Assembly: GCA_026003195.1 (NCBI GenBank)
Contig: BPGU01000003.1
Coordinates: 472,763-536,762, forward strand
Direction: 5' to 3'
DNA from: Armatimonadota bacterium
Lineage (GTDB): Bacteria > Armatimonadota > HRBIN16
Length of the DNA stretch: 64,000 nucleotides
The position numbers and the translations under genes are program-made. Below the pieces are notes generated by a model, which was not told where the DNA came from, searched no databases, and saw only the letters and a list, made by a program, of their open reading frames with translations. Every line of letters begins with the position of its first letter. Position 1 is the first letter of the stretch. This document shows positions 17,727 through 27,670 of the stretch, piece after piece.

Positions 17727-19838
17727 TTACTCCCCCTTCTCATCGCTTCCCCGAACCTCGACGAGCCGATGCCCCAGAGCGGGTACGCGAACCCACAGGG
17801 TGACCTCCCCGCCTCGCTGGTGGGACGGCACGTCCGGGAAGTGAGCCCGGAAGTTGTCTGGCAGACCGATGTCCCCCAGGCGAAAGCGAATCTCGCGCTC
17901 TACCTCCGTCGTCGCCAGGTTGAAGACGTTCAGCACCGCTACCGTCTGTCCCTCCGCGAAGGCTTCACCGGTGAGGGTGTGTGCGTGCACGGTCTCATCG
18001 ATGCCGTAAAACCTGCCCTGCGTGTAGAAGCGTTTGAGGGAGAGGTAGGTCTGCATCGCCTGTTTGTGGGCATACCAGACCCTTGGGTCGGGGTGTCTCC
18101 CACCAATCCCCAGATGCCGACAGGTACTGGCATACCACCAGAAAACCAGAGCGTGTTCGTTGTCCTTGCGCAGGTCGATGTGCAGGTAAACCGGAATGGA
18201 GTACGCCAGATTCAGGTAGTAGAGGCTGAGCGCGCGCCCACTGCGCAGGTCATCCATCGGGTCCCACATGTACTCGTAACCCCAGAGCTCATCAAACGAG
18301 TCGGGCAGGGCGTGTAAGAAGTAGGTAGGCGCATACCGTATCGTCGTACCGCCGACTATCGGGTCGTGCAGTTCAATCCACACCTGAGGGAACTCTCGCT
18401 TGACCGACTGTATCAGCTGCAACAGCGCCATACAATGCTCATGGCGGGTGAGAGGGAGGGAATGACCATGCGACTCGTCATAACATTCACCGGTAAACAT
18501 GGTTCCGTCATACATCAGGAACGAGGCGCCATCCCGACAGAGCCGCAGCAATCTCTCCGACTTTGTCTGCAGGTAAGCAGGAGACGCACTGCATAAGGAC
18601 GGGAGCGTTTGCCCGTCTTTTGCTTTTCGCCGTGCCTGCTCGGGATAACCGTTCACATCACACCAGGCTGCCAGCGGATTGTGCAGCGCCAGCCGTAAAC
18701 CGTAACGCTCCTCCAGCAGCCTGACGAACTCCCGCTGTTTGCCCAGCCTGTCTTCCGCCCATATCGAGGAGGCAAAGAGGGTGTCCCAGCCCGGGTCCAG
18801 GTAGAGCGCTTCGCACCCCAGATACACTGCCTTGTGCGCCTCTGCTTCCATATCCGCCAGTTGATAAAACTGCTGGCGACGCTCGAGGGTATCTGCTCCC
18901 CACCAGAGCGGGTTGTCGTACAGCTCATTCCAGTGCACAGGCGGGTCATAGCCTTCTGGTATCCGGTGTCCCAGCGATTCCGTCCATTTGCGAAACGCGC
19001 TGAAAGCGCCTTTCCATCCACCCTCACAGGGCTCGAACCGGGTTCTTCCAAAGTGCACACTCTGCCCCGGTTGCAGGCAGGCAGCGGGTTCAGGGTCGCC
19101 CAGCTTCCACAAGCCTGCTCCCCCAAAGCGCAGGTACGTCTTGTCTGCACGCTGGAAAGCCTCCAGCAAAGACCATTCCATCGCGTCAGGGTTGTACTTG
19201 GCGATGAGAAGCGTGTGCTCTCCATCCGAATCCGTCCAGCCCCACGCCTCCGAACCAAAAGCGGAGGTGGTGTAGCGCTGTAGAGGGATTTCAAACGACC
19301 AGAAGTAAAAGCCACCCTGACGCGATAGAAGCTCTTCCGGGGCGAGGTCCCCAAACTCGCCGGTTACCGTCTCCCTGCGGTACGGGATGGGGTGAAAACA
19401 ACACCCCTTCAGGTCCGCACGGAAATCGTTGCCGTCCCGCAGAGTTCTCGTGAAACCGAAGACGGCGTCCCGCAGGTCTATCGGTTCTGCACCCCCATTG
19501 GTCAGGGTGAGTTGCTCCTCCAGAGCGTCGAGAGTGGCTCGGAAGGTATGCTGCACCACCAGATTGCCTCTACGGGCGAGGAGAGTCACTCGAAGCGAGC
19601 CATCGTCTCCCTGCTCCACGTGAGGCTCGCCCTGCAACTGCGGTAAAGGGGCGTCCGGCTTGCCGTAGCAGTAGTCGGCGTCGGCGTACACGCGCCCGGT
19701 TCGCCAGTGCACCAGATGATAAGGGTTCAGTCCATCGCGCGTGCGAATACGCAGCTGCAGGGCTGAGTTTTCCAGTACGAGTTCACCCGTTCGTCGGTTC
19801 CACCGCACGAAGGGAGAAGGGGGCTCCTTTTTCGCCAT
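17727..19838 (-). CDS. putative glycoside hydrolase, GH36/alpha-galactosidase-like (N-terminal beta-sandwich plus TIM barrel)
   Basis: 703 aa with no signal peptide. The YLDPGWD motif recalls the (I/L)DDGW of GH27/GH36, in a Trp/Tyr/His-rich barrel. The family assignment is tentative. Confidence 0.4.
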   Translation of the reverse strand: MAKKEPPSPFVRWNRRTGELVLENSALQLRIRTRDGLNPYHLVHWRTGRVYADADYCYGKPDAPLPQLQGEPHVEQGDDGSLRVTLLARRGNLVVQHTFRATLDALEEQLTLTNGGAEPIDLRDAVFGFTRTLRDGNDFRADLKGCCFHPIPYRRETVTGEFGDLAPEELLSRQGGFYFWSFEIPLQRYTTSAFGSEAWGWTDSDGEHTLLIAKYNPDAMEWSLLEAFQRADKTYLRFGGAGLWKLGDPEPAACLQPGQSVHFGRTRFEPCEGGWKGAFSAFRKWTESLGHRIPEGYDPPVHWNELYDNPLWWGADTLERRQQFYQLADMEAEAHKAVYLGCEALYLDPGWDTLFASSIWAEDRLGKQREFVRLLEERYGLRLALHNPLAAWCDVNGYPEQARRKAKDGQTLPSLCSASPAYLQTKSERLLRLCRDGASFLMYDGTMFTGECYDESHGHSLPLTRHEHCMALLQLIQSVKREFPQVWIELHDPIVGGTTIRYAPTYFLHALPDSFDELWGYEYMWDPMDDLRSGRALSLYYLNLAYSIPVYLHIDLRKDNEHALVFWWYASTCRHLGIGGRHPDPRVWYAHKQAMQTYLSLKRFYTQGRFYGIDETVHAHTLTGEAFAEGQTVAVLNVFNLATTEVEREIRFRLGDIGLPDNFRAHFPDVPSHQRGGEVTLWVRVPALGHRLVEVRGSDEKGE

Positions 19839-19862
19839 GTCGGTCCTCCCGAATCTGCGCTG

Positions 19863-22800
19863 TCAGCGCAGCTTCACCGAGATCACTTCAAAGGGCTGAA
19901 TCTGGATGGTGAACGAACCGTTCTCCATCGGTAAGGGCTGGAGGTCTCGCTCCAGCAAGTCGCACAGCACTGCCTCTCGAACAGGCAGGCTGGTAGTGAC
20001 GGTCACCTCGCCTCGCGAGTTGTACGCCTCATACAGCCGAACCACTATCGCCTCTTCGTCTTCCGCTTTCTTGACCGCTTCGATAATCACTCCATCGCGG
20101 TCTACCCAGAAGAACTTGCCCTCGGTATCCCCCTCTGCCGGTCTGCCTGCAGGCAATCGCAAGGTGCGCGGTGGGCTGTTCAACCAGTATGCCTCCTCGA
20201 TGACGCCACCCTCCTGCGGGCTACCCGCATGGGGGAAGAGGGAGTAAGTGAAGACGTGATGTCCCATATCCGCCTCGGGGTCAGGCGCTTTGGGGGCGCG
20301 CAGAAGCGTGAGGCGCAGGGTGTTGCCAAACACATCGTGTCCGTACTTGCAGTCGTTCAAAAGCGCCACGCCGTAGCCGTGTTCGCTGAGGTCTACCCAT
20401 TTCTGCGCGGCGACCTCGAAGCGCGCCATATCCCAGCTTGTGTTGTAGTGGGTCGGCCGCTCCACGTGACCGTATTGTATCTCGTAAGTTGCCCGATGGC
20501 TGTTGACCGCAACGGGGAAAGCCACTTTGAGCAGTTTGTACTCCTCGTGCCAGTCCACTTCTGTGACGAAATCGATGCGGCGGCTCCCCGCTGCCAGCCG
20601 AACCGTTTGCACGATGCAGGAGTTGCCGAACCGTCGGGTGAAGCGTACTGCTCCGCGCAGAGCACCCGCTTCCACCACCTCTGCTGACTCCAGCTCGGTA
20701 ATGACGCACCCCTTCTCCTGATAGAAGATGTCGATATCCCAGGCATCCCAGAAGAGAGGTTTGTCCTCAAAGAGCTGTAGCTGATTGCCCTTTTCACCGG
20801 GGGCGAGCACTTCCCGCTGGTGTTCATAGTCGTAAATGCGGGTAATCAGCCCCTGCTCGTCGAACTCCACCCGCAGGATGCCGTTGTCCAGCACGCGCGC
20901 CGAGACAGTGATTCCGGTTTCCTCCGCACAGGGCTCCTCGCGCAGGTCGTACACGGAGAAAGAGTACTCCTCGGAGCTCTCCACATCTTCCAAAAGAACG
21001 TAACGCTGTCCCTCCCGCTCCACGATTTGCACGGGCATCACGTTTTCGCCACAGCGAACCGATCGTGGCGTGAATCCATCGACAAGGGGTGCTTCCACCA
21101 GCTGGGCGGAAGAGGGAGGCGGCAGGGTGCGCACCACCAGAAGAGGCGCCTGCATCCCTTCGGTGTTCACCGCTTCGCCGATGGCTTGGAGCGACTCCAC
21201 GACAATGCGTTCGGCAATTGCCCTGACCTCTGCGTAGTCGCGCTCGGAGTCGCGGTACACTTCATTCACCGACGAGCCGGGGATAATATCGTGGAACTGA
21301 TTGGTCAGCACCAGTTTCCAGGCGCGCTCCAGCTCCTGCGCGGGGTAGTGGCGCAGTCCTTCGGGGCGCACACACGCCAGGAACTCGGCTTCGCGCAGCA
21401 AGAACTCGCTCTTTCGGTTGTGGCGTTTGTTGCGAGCCTGCGTGGTGTAGGTGCCACGATGCAGTTCCAGATAGAGTTCACCCACCCACACGGGCAGGTC
21501 TTTCGCCTCCGCTTCCGCCTTGGCGAAGAAATCGCGAGCGAACTCCAGCGTCACGCGGGGCATTCCTTCCACATCGCGCAGACGGCGAGCGTATTCTAAC
21601 ATCTGGGCGGTGGGACCGCCGCCACCGTCGCCATAACCGTAGATGTAGAGCGCACGGGTGGCGCGGTCGTGTTCGCGGAAGTTGCGCACGTGGTACATCA
21701 GCTCGCGCGGTGTCATGTTGCCGTTATAAGTGTCGGCAGGCGGGAAGTGCGTGAAGATGCGCGTACCGTCGATGCCCTGCCACAGGAAGGTATGGTGCGG
21801 GAACTTGTTCACCTGATTCCAGCTGATTTTCTGTGTCATGAAGTAGCGGATGCCCGCTTTCTTCAGGATTTGGGGCAGGCACGCCGCATAGCCGAACACA
21901 TCAGGCAGCCACAGGTCCACCGTTTCGATGCCGAACTCCTGCATCCAGAACCGCTTTCCGTACAGAATCTGCCTCACCAGCGACTCGCCGCCCGTAATAT
22001 TACAATCTGCCTCCACCCACATCGAGCCGGCGACCTCCCACTGCCCTTCGCGCACTTTCTGCTTGATGCGCTCGTACAGACGGGGAGCCAGCTCCTTCAC
22101 CCATGCATACTGCTGCGCCTGTGAGCAGATGAATTTGTACTCCGGGTACATGTCCATCAGGCGCACGGCGGTAGCGAAGGTGTGAATGCACTTTTGCTGG
22201 GTGCGCTCGAGAGGCCACAGCCATGCGGTATCGATGTGGGCGTGCCCGATAGCGCTGATGCGGTGTGCCGAGGGGCAGGCAGGCTTGTTGTAGGTCTCGC
22301 TGATTATCTGCCGACAGCGAGCGATGCTACTGCGGTCACCGGGATCAAAAGCGTTCACCGCCTGATTCAGCGCATACAGCAGCTGCGCCCGGCGCGGTTC
22401 AGCAGGTGGAAGCTCCTTCAATACCTCCAGGGCGACCTGCATGTCCCAATACAGCGCAGAGATCTCGCGATCCCATACCGCCAGATGGGCATAGTGGAAG
22501 GTGAAAGGTTGGGGAGGGGGTTCTATCGGCTTGGCATCCACGCTGACGTAAGGGTTCATGCCTGTTGCCTGCACGTAGAGAGTAATTTCCTCACCGCCAC
22601 GTGCCGAATCGGTAACCAGGTACTCGCGGTGGTATTCGTCGATACCCTGTCGTGGGTCGTCCCCCACCCAGACCACCGCTTCCGCGCCGCAGTCGATGAG
22701 GGCACATACGGTTTGCCCGCGCCATTCCGGGGGAACGACAGCGGTCAACCGGAACCAGGCGTCGCTCCAAATCGGTCCCCAGGTATAGCCCGGCTGCACG

Positions 22801-22961
22801 GGGGTATAGGCTTGCCTGGGCGCGTCCGCCGGGGAGATTTTGCCGCTGGGGCGGTACACTCCCGCCTGCATGGGTATCTGCGCAGCCCAGATTCGAGGCT
22901 GCAGCTCATTGCGTAGAAAACGTTCCACACGCGCCAGAGTCAGTTCGGGATGTTTCAGCAT
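19863..22961 (-). CDS. GH38 alpha-mannosidase
   Basis: GHAHIDTAWLW (metal/nucleophile region), ...GGESLVRQILYGKRFWMQEFG...DVFGY..., and a 1,032-aa architecture typical of bacterial GH38. RBS GAGGAGAAGG. Confidence 0.9.
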   Translation of the reverse strand: MLKHPELTLARVERFLRNELQPRIWAAQIPMQAGVYRPSGKISPADAPRQAYTPVQPGYTWGPIWSDAWFRLTAVVPPEWRGQTVCALIDCGAEAVVWVGDDPRQGIDEYHREYLVTDSARGGEEITLYVQATGMNPYVSVDAKPIEPPPQPFTFHYAHLAVWDREISALYWDMQVALEVLKELPPAEPRRAQLLYALNQAVNAFDPGDRSSIARCRQIISETYNKPACPSAHRISAIGHAHIDTAWLWPLERTQQKCIHTFATAVRLMDMYPEYKFICSQAQQYAWVKELAPRLYERIKQKVREGQWEVAGSMWVEADCNITGGESLVRQILYGKRFWMQEFGIETVDLWLPDVFGYAACLPQILKKAGIRYFMTQKISWNQVNKFPHHTFLWQGIDGTRIFTHFPPADTYNGNMTPRELMYHVRNFREHDRATRALYIYGYGDGGGGPTAQMLEYARRLRDVEGMPRVTLEFARDFFAKAEAEAKDLPVWVGELYLELHRGTYTTQARNKRHNRKSEFLLREAEFLACVRPEGLRHYPAQELERAWKLVLTNQFHDIIPGSSVNEVYRDSERDYAEVRAIAERIVVESLQAIGEAVNTEGMQAPLLVVRTLPPPSSAQLVEAPLVDGFTPRSVRCGENVMPVQIVEREGQRYVLLEDVESSEEYSFSVYDLREEPCAEETGITVSARVLDNGILRVEFDEQGLITRIYDYEHQREVLAPGEKGNQLQLFEDKPLFWDAWDIDIFYQEKGCVITELESAEVVEAGALRGAVRFTRRFGNSCIVQTVRLAAGSRRIDFVTEVDWHEEYKLLKVAFPVAVNSHRATYEIQYGHVERPTHYNTSWDMARFEVAAQKWVDLSEHGYGVALLNDCKYGHDVFGNTLRLTLLRAPKAPDPEADMGHHVFTYSLFPHAGSPQEGGVIEEAYWLNSPPRTLRLPAGRPAEGDTEGKFFWVDRDGVIIEAVKKAEDEEAIVVRLYEAYNSRGEVTVTTSLPVREAVLCDLLERDLQPLPMENGSFTIQIQPFEVISVKLR

Positions 22962-23040
22962 GGATGCCTTCTCCTCACCTCCTGAGCAGAGTGATGATAC
23001 TGATAGGTTTCTTTCTCCGCAGAGCCGGTTCCTGCAGGGG

Positions 23041-23083
23041 GAGCAAAAGTAAAGGCGTCCTGCCCAGAAGGAGGCAGGACGCC
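23041..23083 (-). terminator. rho-independent terminator for the 23101-23916 gene
   Basis: 11-bp perfect stem GGCGTCCTGCC/GGCAGGACGCC followed, on the minus strand, by TTTACTTTT. Confidence 0.4.
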
Positions 23084-23100
23084 AGGCAAAGGGGAGTGTC

Positions 23101-23916
23101 CTACAGCCGGGTAGACCGGAGGGACTTTTGATACAGAGCCATCAACACCAACGCGGGACCTGAGCCGGTCTCGTACGATACCTCCATTTCCACCGAACCA
23201 GTATTCGCCCTGAAAATGCACACAGGAACGGCGTCGGTCTCGATATCCCGCTTAAGCACCCGTCCGTTTTGCCTCACTTCCAGGTCTAAGTCGTCGGCTT
23301 CATCGTCGGCAACCGCTATCGCCATGTAATCGCCCTCGCGGATGCCGTTCATATTCATAGACTGTTTTTCGCCGCGTTTCATCACGAAGCCGAAGAATCG
23401 CGCGGGCAAAGACTCGAAGCCTGTCAAATCACTGAGCGTAGAAGCTGTTCCCAGACGGGTGAGTACTGTCTCTACATCGCGTTCCGGGACATTCCATCCT
23501 CTGCCGGGCGTTTCGATGATGAAGTAACACAGGGCGCGTGCACTGGCTTCCGCCAAATGCAACTCGATACTGTATCTTCCGGTGTTCTTCGGGCGGAACG
23601 TGACAGAGGCATCTCTTGAACTGCTGGAGTCTTCCGTAACGACGCGACCGTCCCGGTCCAAGATTCTCAGGTCCACATCGCGTGCATCCTTGTCTCCTGA
23701 AGCGGCTATCACGTAGGTTACCCCCGCGTAAAACTCGCGGGTAAAGGTGGCTTTTTCACCTTCGCGCAGGGAGCTTCCCCCCAGCGACCAGCCCTCATCC
23801 AGACCGGCGGCGTCCGCGGGTACGTCAGCGTGAAGGATGGCTAACACCGCGTACAAGATGAAGACTGTTAATGTTCTTGTCGGACATTTGGACACCTTCG
23901 TGAACACCTCCAGCAC
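23101..23916 (-). CDS. hypothetical secreted protein (N-terminal signal-peptide-like segment)
   Basis: 271-aa ORF with a hydrophobic N-terminus TLTVFILYAVLAILHADVPA and protein-like composition. No recognisable domain. Confidence 0.55.
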   Translation of the reverse strand: MLEVFTKVSKCPTRTLTVFILYAVLAILHADVPADAAGLDEGWSLGGSSLREGEKATFTREFYAGVTYVIAASGDKDARDVDLRILDRDGRVVTEDSSSSRDASVTFRPKNTGRYSIELHLAEASARALCYFIIETPGRGWNVPERDVETVLTRLGTASTLSDLTGFESLPARFFGFVMKRGEKQSMNMNGIREGDYMAIAVADDEADDLDLEVRQNGRVLKRDIETDAVPVCIFRANTGSVEMEVSYETGSGPALVLMALYQKSLRSTRL

Positions 23917-24126
23917 GAGATTCCAATACGATAGGATTCTGCCTGCCTTGCGATCTCCAGAACCTGTGAGAATTACGGGTATTTCATCCGGAGCGGATCA
24001 TCCACTGTGCATCGCAAGAGCCCTGCACTGTGCGAAGCCGGCTACAGGCTGTGGAGCGGGAGGATCCTGCGAAGTGGGCGAAATAAACGGGAAAGCAGAA
24101 TACATCCGACGGAGGAAGATGTCTCT

Positions 24127-25155
24127 ATGTCTACACAACGTTCGAGGGTACTTTACCTGCCTCAGACTGACCATACCGATCTGGCTTTCACGCCTTACTG
24201 GTGGAACCGACTGCGTCGCCATGCGGAGGTGGTAGAGTGGGACCATGCTGTGCCCTGCACTTCCGAGAATCTGGCAGAACGCATCGGCGAGTTTGAGGTG
24301 CTGGTGACCGCGTGGGGCAGTCCACGCTTGACGGACGAGGTACTGCAAAAGGCGACAAGGCTTCGGTTGATTGCCCATGCCGCCGGGTCGGTCAAGTTCA
24401 TGCTCTCGCAAGAGGCGGTACAGCGTTATCTCCTCCCGCGCGGTATTCGCGTGTTCAGTGGAAACGGTGCGATTGCGCTCAACGTTGCTGAAGCCACTGT
24501 GGGCATGATGATTATGGGCGTGCGCCGCTGGATAGACCACGCCATCGCCTACCGCGAGCGAGGCGTCTGGCGTGACCCGGCTCTTCCCCTGAACGGGCAA
24601 TACCTTCTCGGTGCGACGGTAGGGCTGGTTTCGTGCAGTGCTGTCGCCAGGGAGGTGGTTCGGCTTCTTCGCCCCTTCCGCACCCATCTTCTGGTGTACG
24701 ATCCCTTCCTGCCGCTGCAGGAGGCGCGACGTATGCGCCTGAAGCCGGTAGACCTGCAAACGCTCTTCCGCGAGTCGCACATCGTGAGCGTGCATACCCC
24801 CCTCCTGCCTGAAACGGTGGGGTTGATTCGTGCCGAACATCTGCGCCTGTTGCGCGCGCACAGCGTATTGGTGAACACCAGTCGTGGCAAGGTGATAGAC
24901 CACGAGGCTCTGCTGGAAGAGGCGCGCACAGGGCGTTTTGTGGCGGTGCTGGATGTGACCGACCCCGAGCCGCTTCCTCCCGACCATCCTTTGCGTGAGC
25001 TGCCCAATGTGATTATCCTGCCGCATATCGCCGGTACGGGATTTTACGGCTACCATCGCATCGGCGAGATGCTGGTGAGGGCGGTGGAAGCAACAGCAAA
25101 GGGGCAACCTTTCCAGGGGGAAGTTCCTCTGGAGCGTTACGAGCGAATAGCCTAA
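24127..25155 (+). CDS. D-isomer-specific 2-hydroxyacid dehydrogenase family protein (NAD-binding)
   Basis: Rossmann segment LGATVGLVSCSAVAREVVRLLRPF and the catalytic-region pattern ...LVNTSRGKVIDHEALLEEARTGR...LDVTDPEP...ILPHIAG. Confidence 0.85.
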   Translation: MSTQRSRVLYLPQTDHTDLAFTPYWWNRLRRHAEVVEWDHAVPCTSENLAERIGEFEVLVTAWGSPRLTDEVLQKATRLRLIAHAAGSVKFMLSQEAVQRYLLPRGIRVFSGNGAIALNVAEATVGMMIMGVRRWIDHAIAYRERGVWRDPALPLNGQYLLGATVGLVSCSAVAREVVRLLRPFRTHLLVYDPFLPLQEARRMRLKPVDLQTLFRESHIVSVHTPLLPETVGLIRAEHLRLLRAHSVLVNTSRGKVIDHEALLEEARTGRFVAVLDVTDPEPLPPDHPLRELPNVIILPHIAGTGFYGYHRIGEMLVRAVEATAKGQPFQGEVPLERYERIA

Positions 25156-25772
25156 ACCTCCCAGCCTGACCTGGGTTTGCGGCGCGCTCCGCCGCGTTTG
25201 GCGGTCTGGTAGGCGTCAATCAGGCTGACCACGTACACCGATGCCATCACCGAGGCGAGGAACAGGAACGCCCCGCCGCCCCGCTCGATGTTTTGTGCAC
25301 CCCACGGCGAGAACGCCATGAGCAACCACAGCACCAGCCAGATGGCAATGAGTACTCCGCCCTTGGCGCGGTCGTTCATCAGCCACTGCGCGAGTCCGGG
25401 GAAGACGATGGAAGCAGCAATAGCCAGCAGGGGACTGGCGGGTTCTTCGGGCAAGTCGGAAGCGGAAATACCCTGCTGCTTCAGCAGGGCAGCGGCGTAC
25501 TTGCGCTCGGCGGAGGCATAGCGCGGCGAATCTACCGGAGAGAGGTCGCGCGCCTTGCGAAACGACTGTACCGCCTCCTCGATGCGCCCGGTGCGCTCCT
25601 GAATGTCGCCCAGCAGCTCCAGTGCCTCGGCGTTATGGGCGTCCAGTTCCAGCAGCTGGCGACAACTTTGCTCAGCCCGTAGCAGGTCGTTGCGCATCTG
25701 ATAGACGTATGCCTCGCGTAGCAGCTTCTCTATCTGCTCGCGTCGCAGTTCGTCCTCATCTCCGGCAGGCAT
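25152..25772 (-). CDS. TPR-repeat membrane protein
   Basis: An N-terminal TPR-like helical region (AEQSCRQLLELDAHNAEALELLGDIQERTGRIEEAVQSFRKA) followed by three predicted TM helices. Confidence 0.6.
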   Translation of the reverse strand: MPAGDEDELRREQIEKLLREAYVYQMRNDLLRAEQSCRQLLELDAHNAEALELLGDIQERTGRIEEAVQSFRKARDLSPVDSPRYASAERKYAAALLKQQGISASDLPEEPASPLLAIAASIVFPGLAQWLMNDRAKGGVLIAIWLVLWLLMAFSPWGAQNIERGGGAFLFLASVMASVYVVSLIDAYQTAKRGGARRKPRSGWEV

Positions 25773-25778
25773 CGTTGC

Positions 25779-26123
25779 TTACCCCCGTTTGTCCAGCAGC
25801 GGTGCGTTCCGCCAGAACTCCTCTAACCCGTAGAACTCGCGCACCTCGGGCTGCATGACATGCACTACCACATCACCGTAGTCCAGCAGTACCCACTCTC
25901 CGCGTACATACCCTTCCAGACGCACCTCGCGCTCTCCTGCCTCCTCCATGAACTCGATAATCTTGTCCACGATGGCGCGCACCTGAATGTTGGAACGTCC
26001 GTTCATCAGCAGGAAATAGTCCGCCAGAATGGTTTTGCCGCGCAGGTCGATCTGCGAGATGTCCTCTGCTTTCACTTCTTCTGCGGCTCGCACAATAATG
26101 TCCACTTTCTCTTCGGCTGTCAA
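25779..26123 (-). CDS. rsfS: ribosomal silencing factor RsfS (Iojap/YbeB)
   Basis: 114 aa; ...KAEDISQIDLRGKTILADYFLLMNGRSNIQVRAI...DYGDVVVHVMQPEVREFYGLEEFW. Confidence 0.85.
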   Translation of the reverse strand: MTAEEKVDIIVRAAEEVKAEDISQIDLRGKTILADYFLLMNGRSNIQVRAIVDKIIEFMEEAGEREVRLEGYVRGEWVLLDYGDVVVHVMQPEVREFYGLEEFWRNAPLLDKRG

Positions 26124-27085
26124 GGCGTCTGGTTCCCCCCTTCCACAGTGGTTTGAGAGAGTGCACTCTGCTCCAGTTCGTCCAGCGCGTGGGCAACGCG
26201 CGTTTCATCGGGAATATAGTAACTCACGCCATCTATGTTTTGCGGTTGACCGGGCAAGACCCCCATAAAGATACGCTCCGGCGGCAGGTCTTTGCCGAAC
26301 CTCGCCAGATGCAGCACCTCGCGGGTGGTCATGTCGGTCTCTATCTGCTCCATAATCTGTCGGGTCAGCTCCGGCAGCTTGTCCACCTCCTGCCACTGGA
26401 ACATTTTCGCCGCCAATGCCTTCAGGAACTTCTGCTGGCGCTGGATGCGTCCCAGGTCGCCCAATGGGTCGTGTCGGAACCGCACATACTGCATCGCTTT
26501 TTCGCCGTCCAGCAAGCGATAGCCTTTTTTCAGGTGGATATACAGTCTCTGTTTGCGGTCTACGTAGTGCATGTCCTTCTCAATGTCTATCTCCACACCG
26601 CCCAGCAGGTCCACGATGCGCTTAAACCCTTCCAGCCGCACCAGCACCACGCGGTCGATGGTGATGCCCAGCAAGTTCTCCACCGTCTGCTTCGCCGTCT
26701 GCAGTCTACCCCAGGCGTAGGCAGCGTTTACCTTGAAGGTGCGGTGTCCCGGAATGTCTGCGCGGGTATCACGCGGAATGGACAGGGCGTATACCGCCTT
26801 CTTCTCGAAATCCACCGTCGCCACGATGATGGTGTCGGTGTTGCCTGATTCCTGGTCCACTCCCAGCGCGAGGATGCGCATTCGCGGCGTGCCCTCAAAG
26901 GCTGGGGTCACCAGTTCCCGCACGGTAACGGGTTTGGAAGCGTGCTGATTATATCCCAGCAGCGCACCGGTGATGCCTGCTCCCGCGATGACCACCAGTG
27001 ACAACAACCCCCAGAGCACACGATGCAACCAGAGGCGCGCCCCAGCAGGCGGCTCAAAACTCATTCGGCTCCTCCAGCGGTTCAT
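26120..27085 (-). CDS. LytR-CpsA-Psr (LCP) family protein
   Basis: N-terminal TM anchor then an LCP domain (RILALGVDQESGNTDTIIVATVDFEKKAVYALSIPRDTRADIPG...NAAYAWG). Start may be the internal ATG at 27062-27064; the 5-prime end overlaps nadD. Confidence 0.8.
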   Translation of the reverse strand: MNRWRSRMSFEPPAGARLWLHRVLWGLLSLVVIAGAGITGALLGYNQHASKPVTVRELVTPAFEGTPRMRILALGVDQESGNTDTIIVATVDFEKKAVYALSIPRDTRADIPGHRTFKVNAAYAWGRLQTAKQTVENLLGITIDRVVLVRLEGFKRIVDLLGGVEIDIEKDMHYVDRKQRLYIHLKKGYRLLDGEKAMQYVRFRHDPLGDLGRIQRQQKFLKALAAKMFQWQEVDKLPELTRQIMEQIETDMTTREVLHLARFGKDLPPERIFMGVLPGQPQNIDGVSYYIPDETRVAHALDELEQSALSQTTVEGGNQTP

Positions 27086-27668
27086 TGCGATAAAGCTGAT
27101 GTTTCAGGATATACTGTACCACGCTGTCGGGCGTCAGGTATCGGATAGACGCGCCACGCCGCACCCGGTTGCGAATATCGGTGGCGGAAATATCCAGCAA
27201 GGGCATCTCCATCACGTACACACGCCGGCACAGCGTGTCAGGCAGATGCAAACTGGCGAGGTCAAAGCCGGGACGCGACGCGGCAATGATATGCGCCATC
27301 TGGCAAATACGCTCTGGTTGTTTCCATGTGCTCATGTACGCCAGCGAGTCCGCCCCCATAATGAGAAATAGTTCGTGATGCGGGTAGAGGCTCAGCCACT
27401 GCTCCAGAGTGTCCACCGTGTACGATACGCCGCCGCGCTCTATCTCGATGCGGGAGGCGCGAAAACAGGGATTGCTCGCCGTCGCCAGCAGGGTCATGGC
27501 GAAGCGGTGTTCCGCAGGAGAGACCGCATAGCTTTTCTTATGAGGTGGTGTGCCGCAGGGGATAAACACCACCTGCTCCAGCTCGAAACGCTGGCGCGCC
27601 TCTTCAGCGATGAACAGATGGGCGTAGTGGATGGGGTCAAACGTACCGCCCAGTATTCCTGTGCGCAT
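27054..27668 (-). CDS. nadD: nicotinate-nucleotide adenylyltransferase
   Basis: MRTGILGGTFDPIHYAHL (HxGH-type motif) and ...YISSTDIR-like ISATDIRNRVRRG. Confidence 0.9.
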   Translation of the reverse strand: MRTGILGGTFDPIHYAHLFIAEEARQRFELEQVVFIPCGTPPHKKSYAVSPAEHRFAMTLLATASNPCFRASRIEIERGGVSYTVDTLEQWLSLYPHHELFLIMGADSLAYMSTWKQPERICQMAHIIAASRPGFDLASLHLPDTLCRRVYVMEMPLLDISATDIRNRVRRGASIRYLTPDSVVQYILKHQLYRNEPLEEPNEF

Positions 27669-27670
27669 GG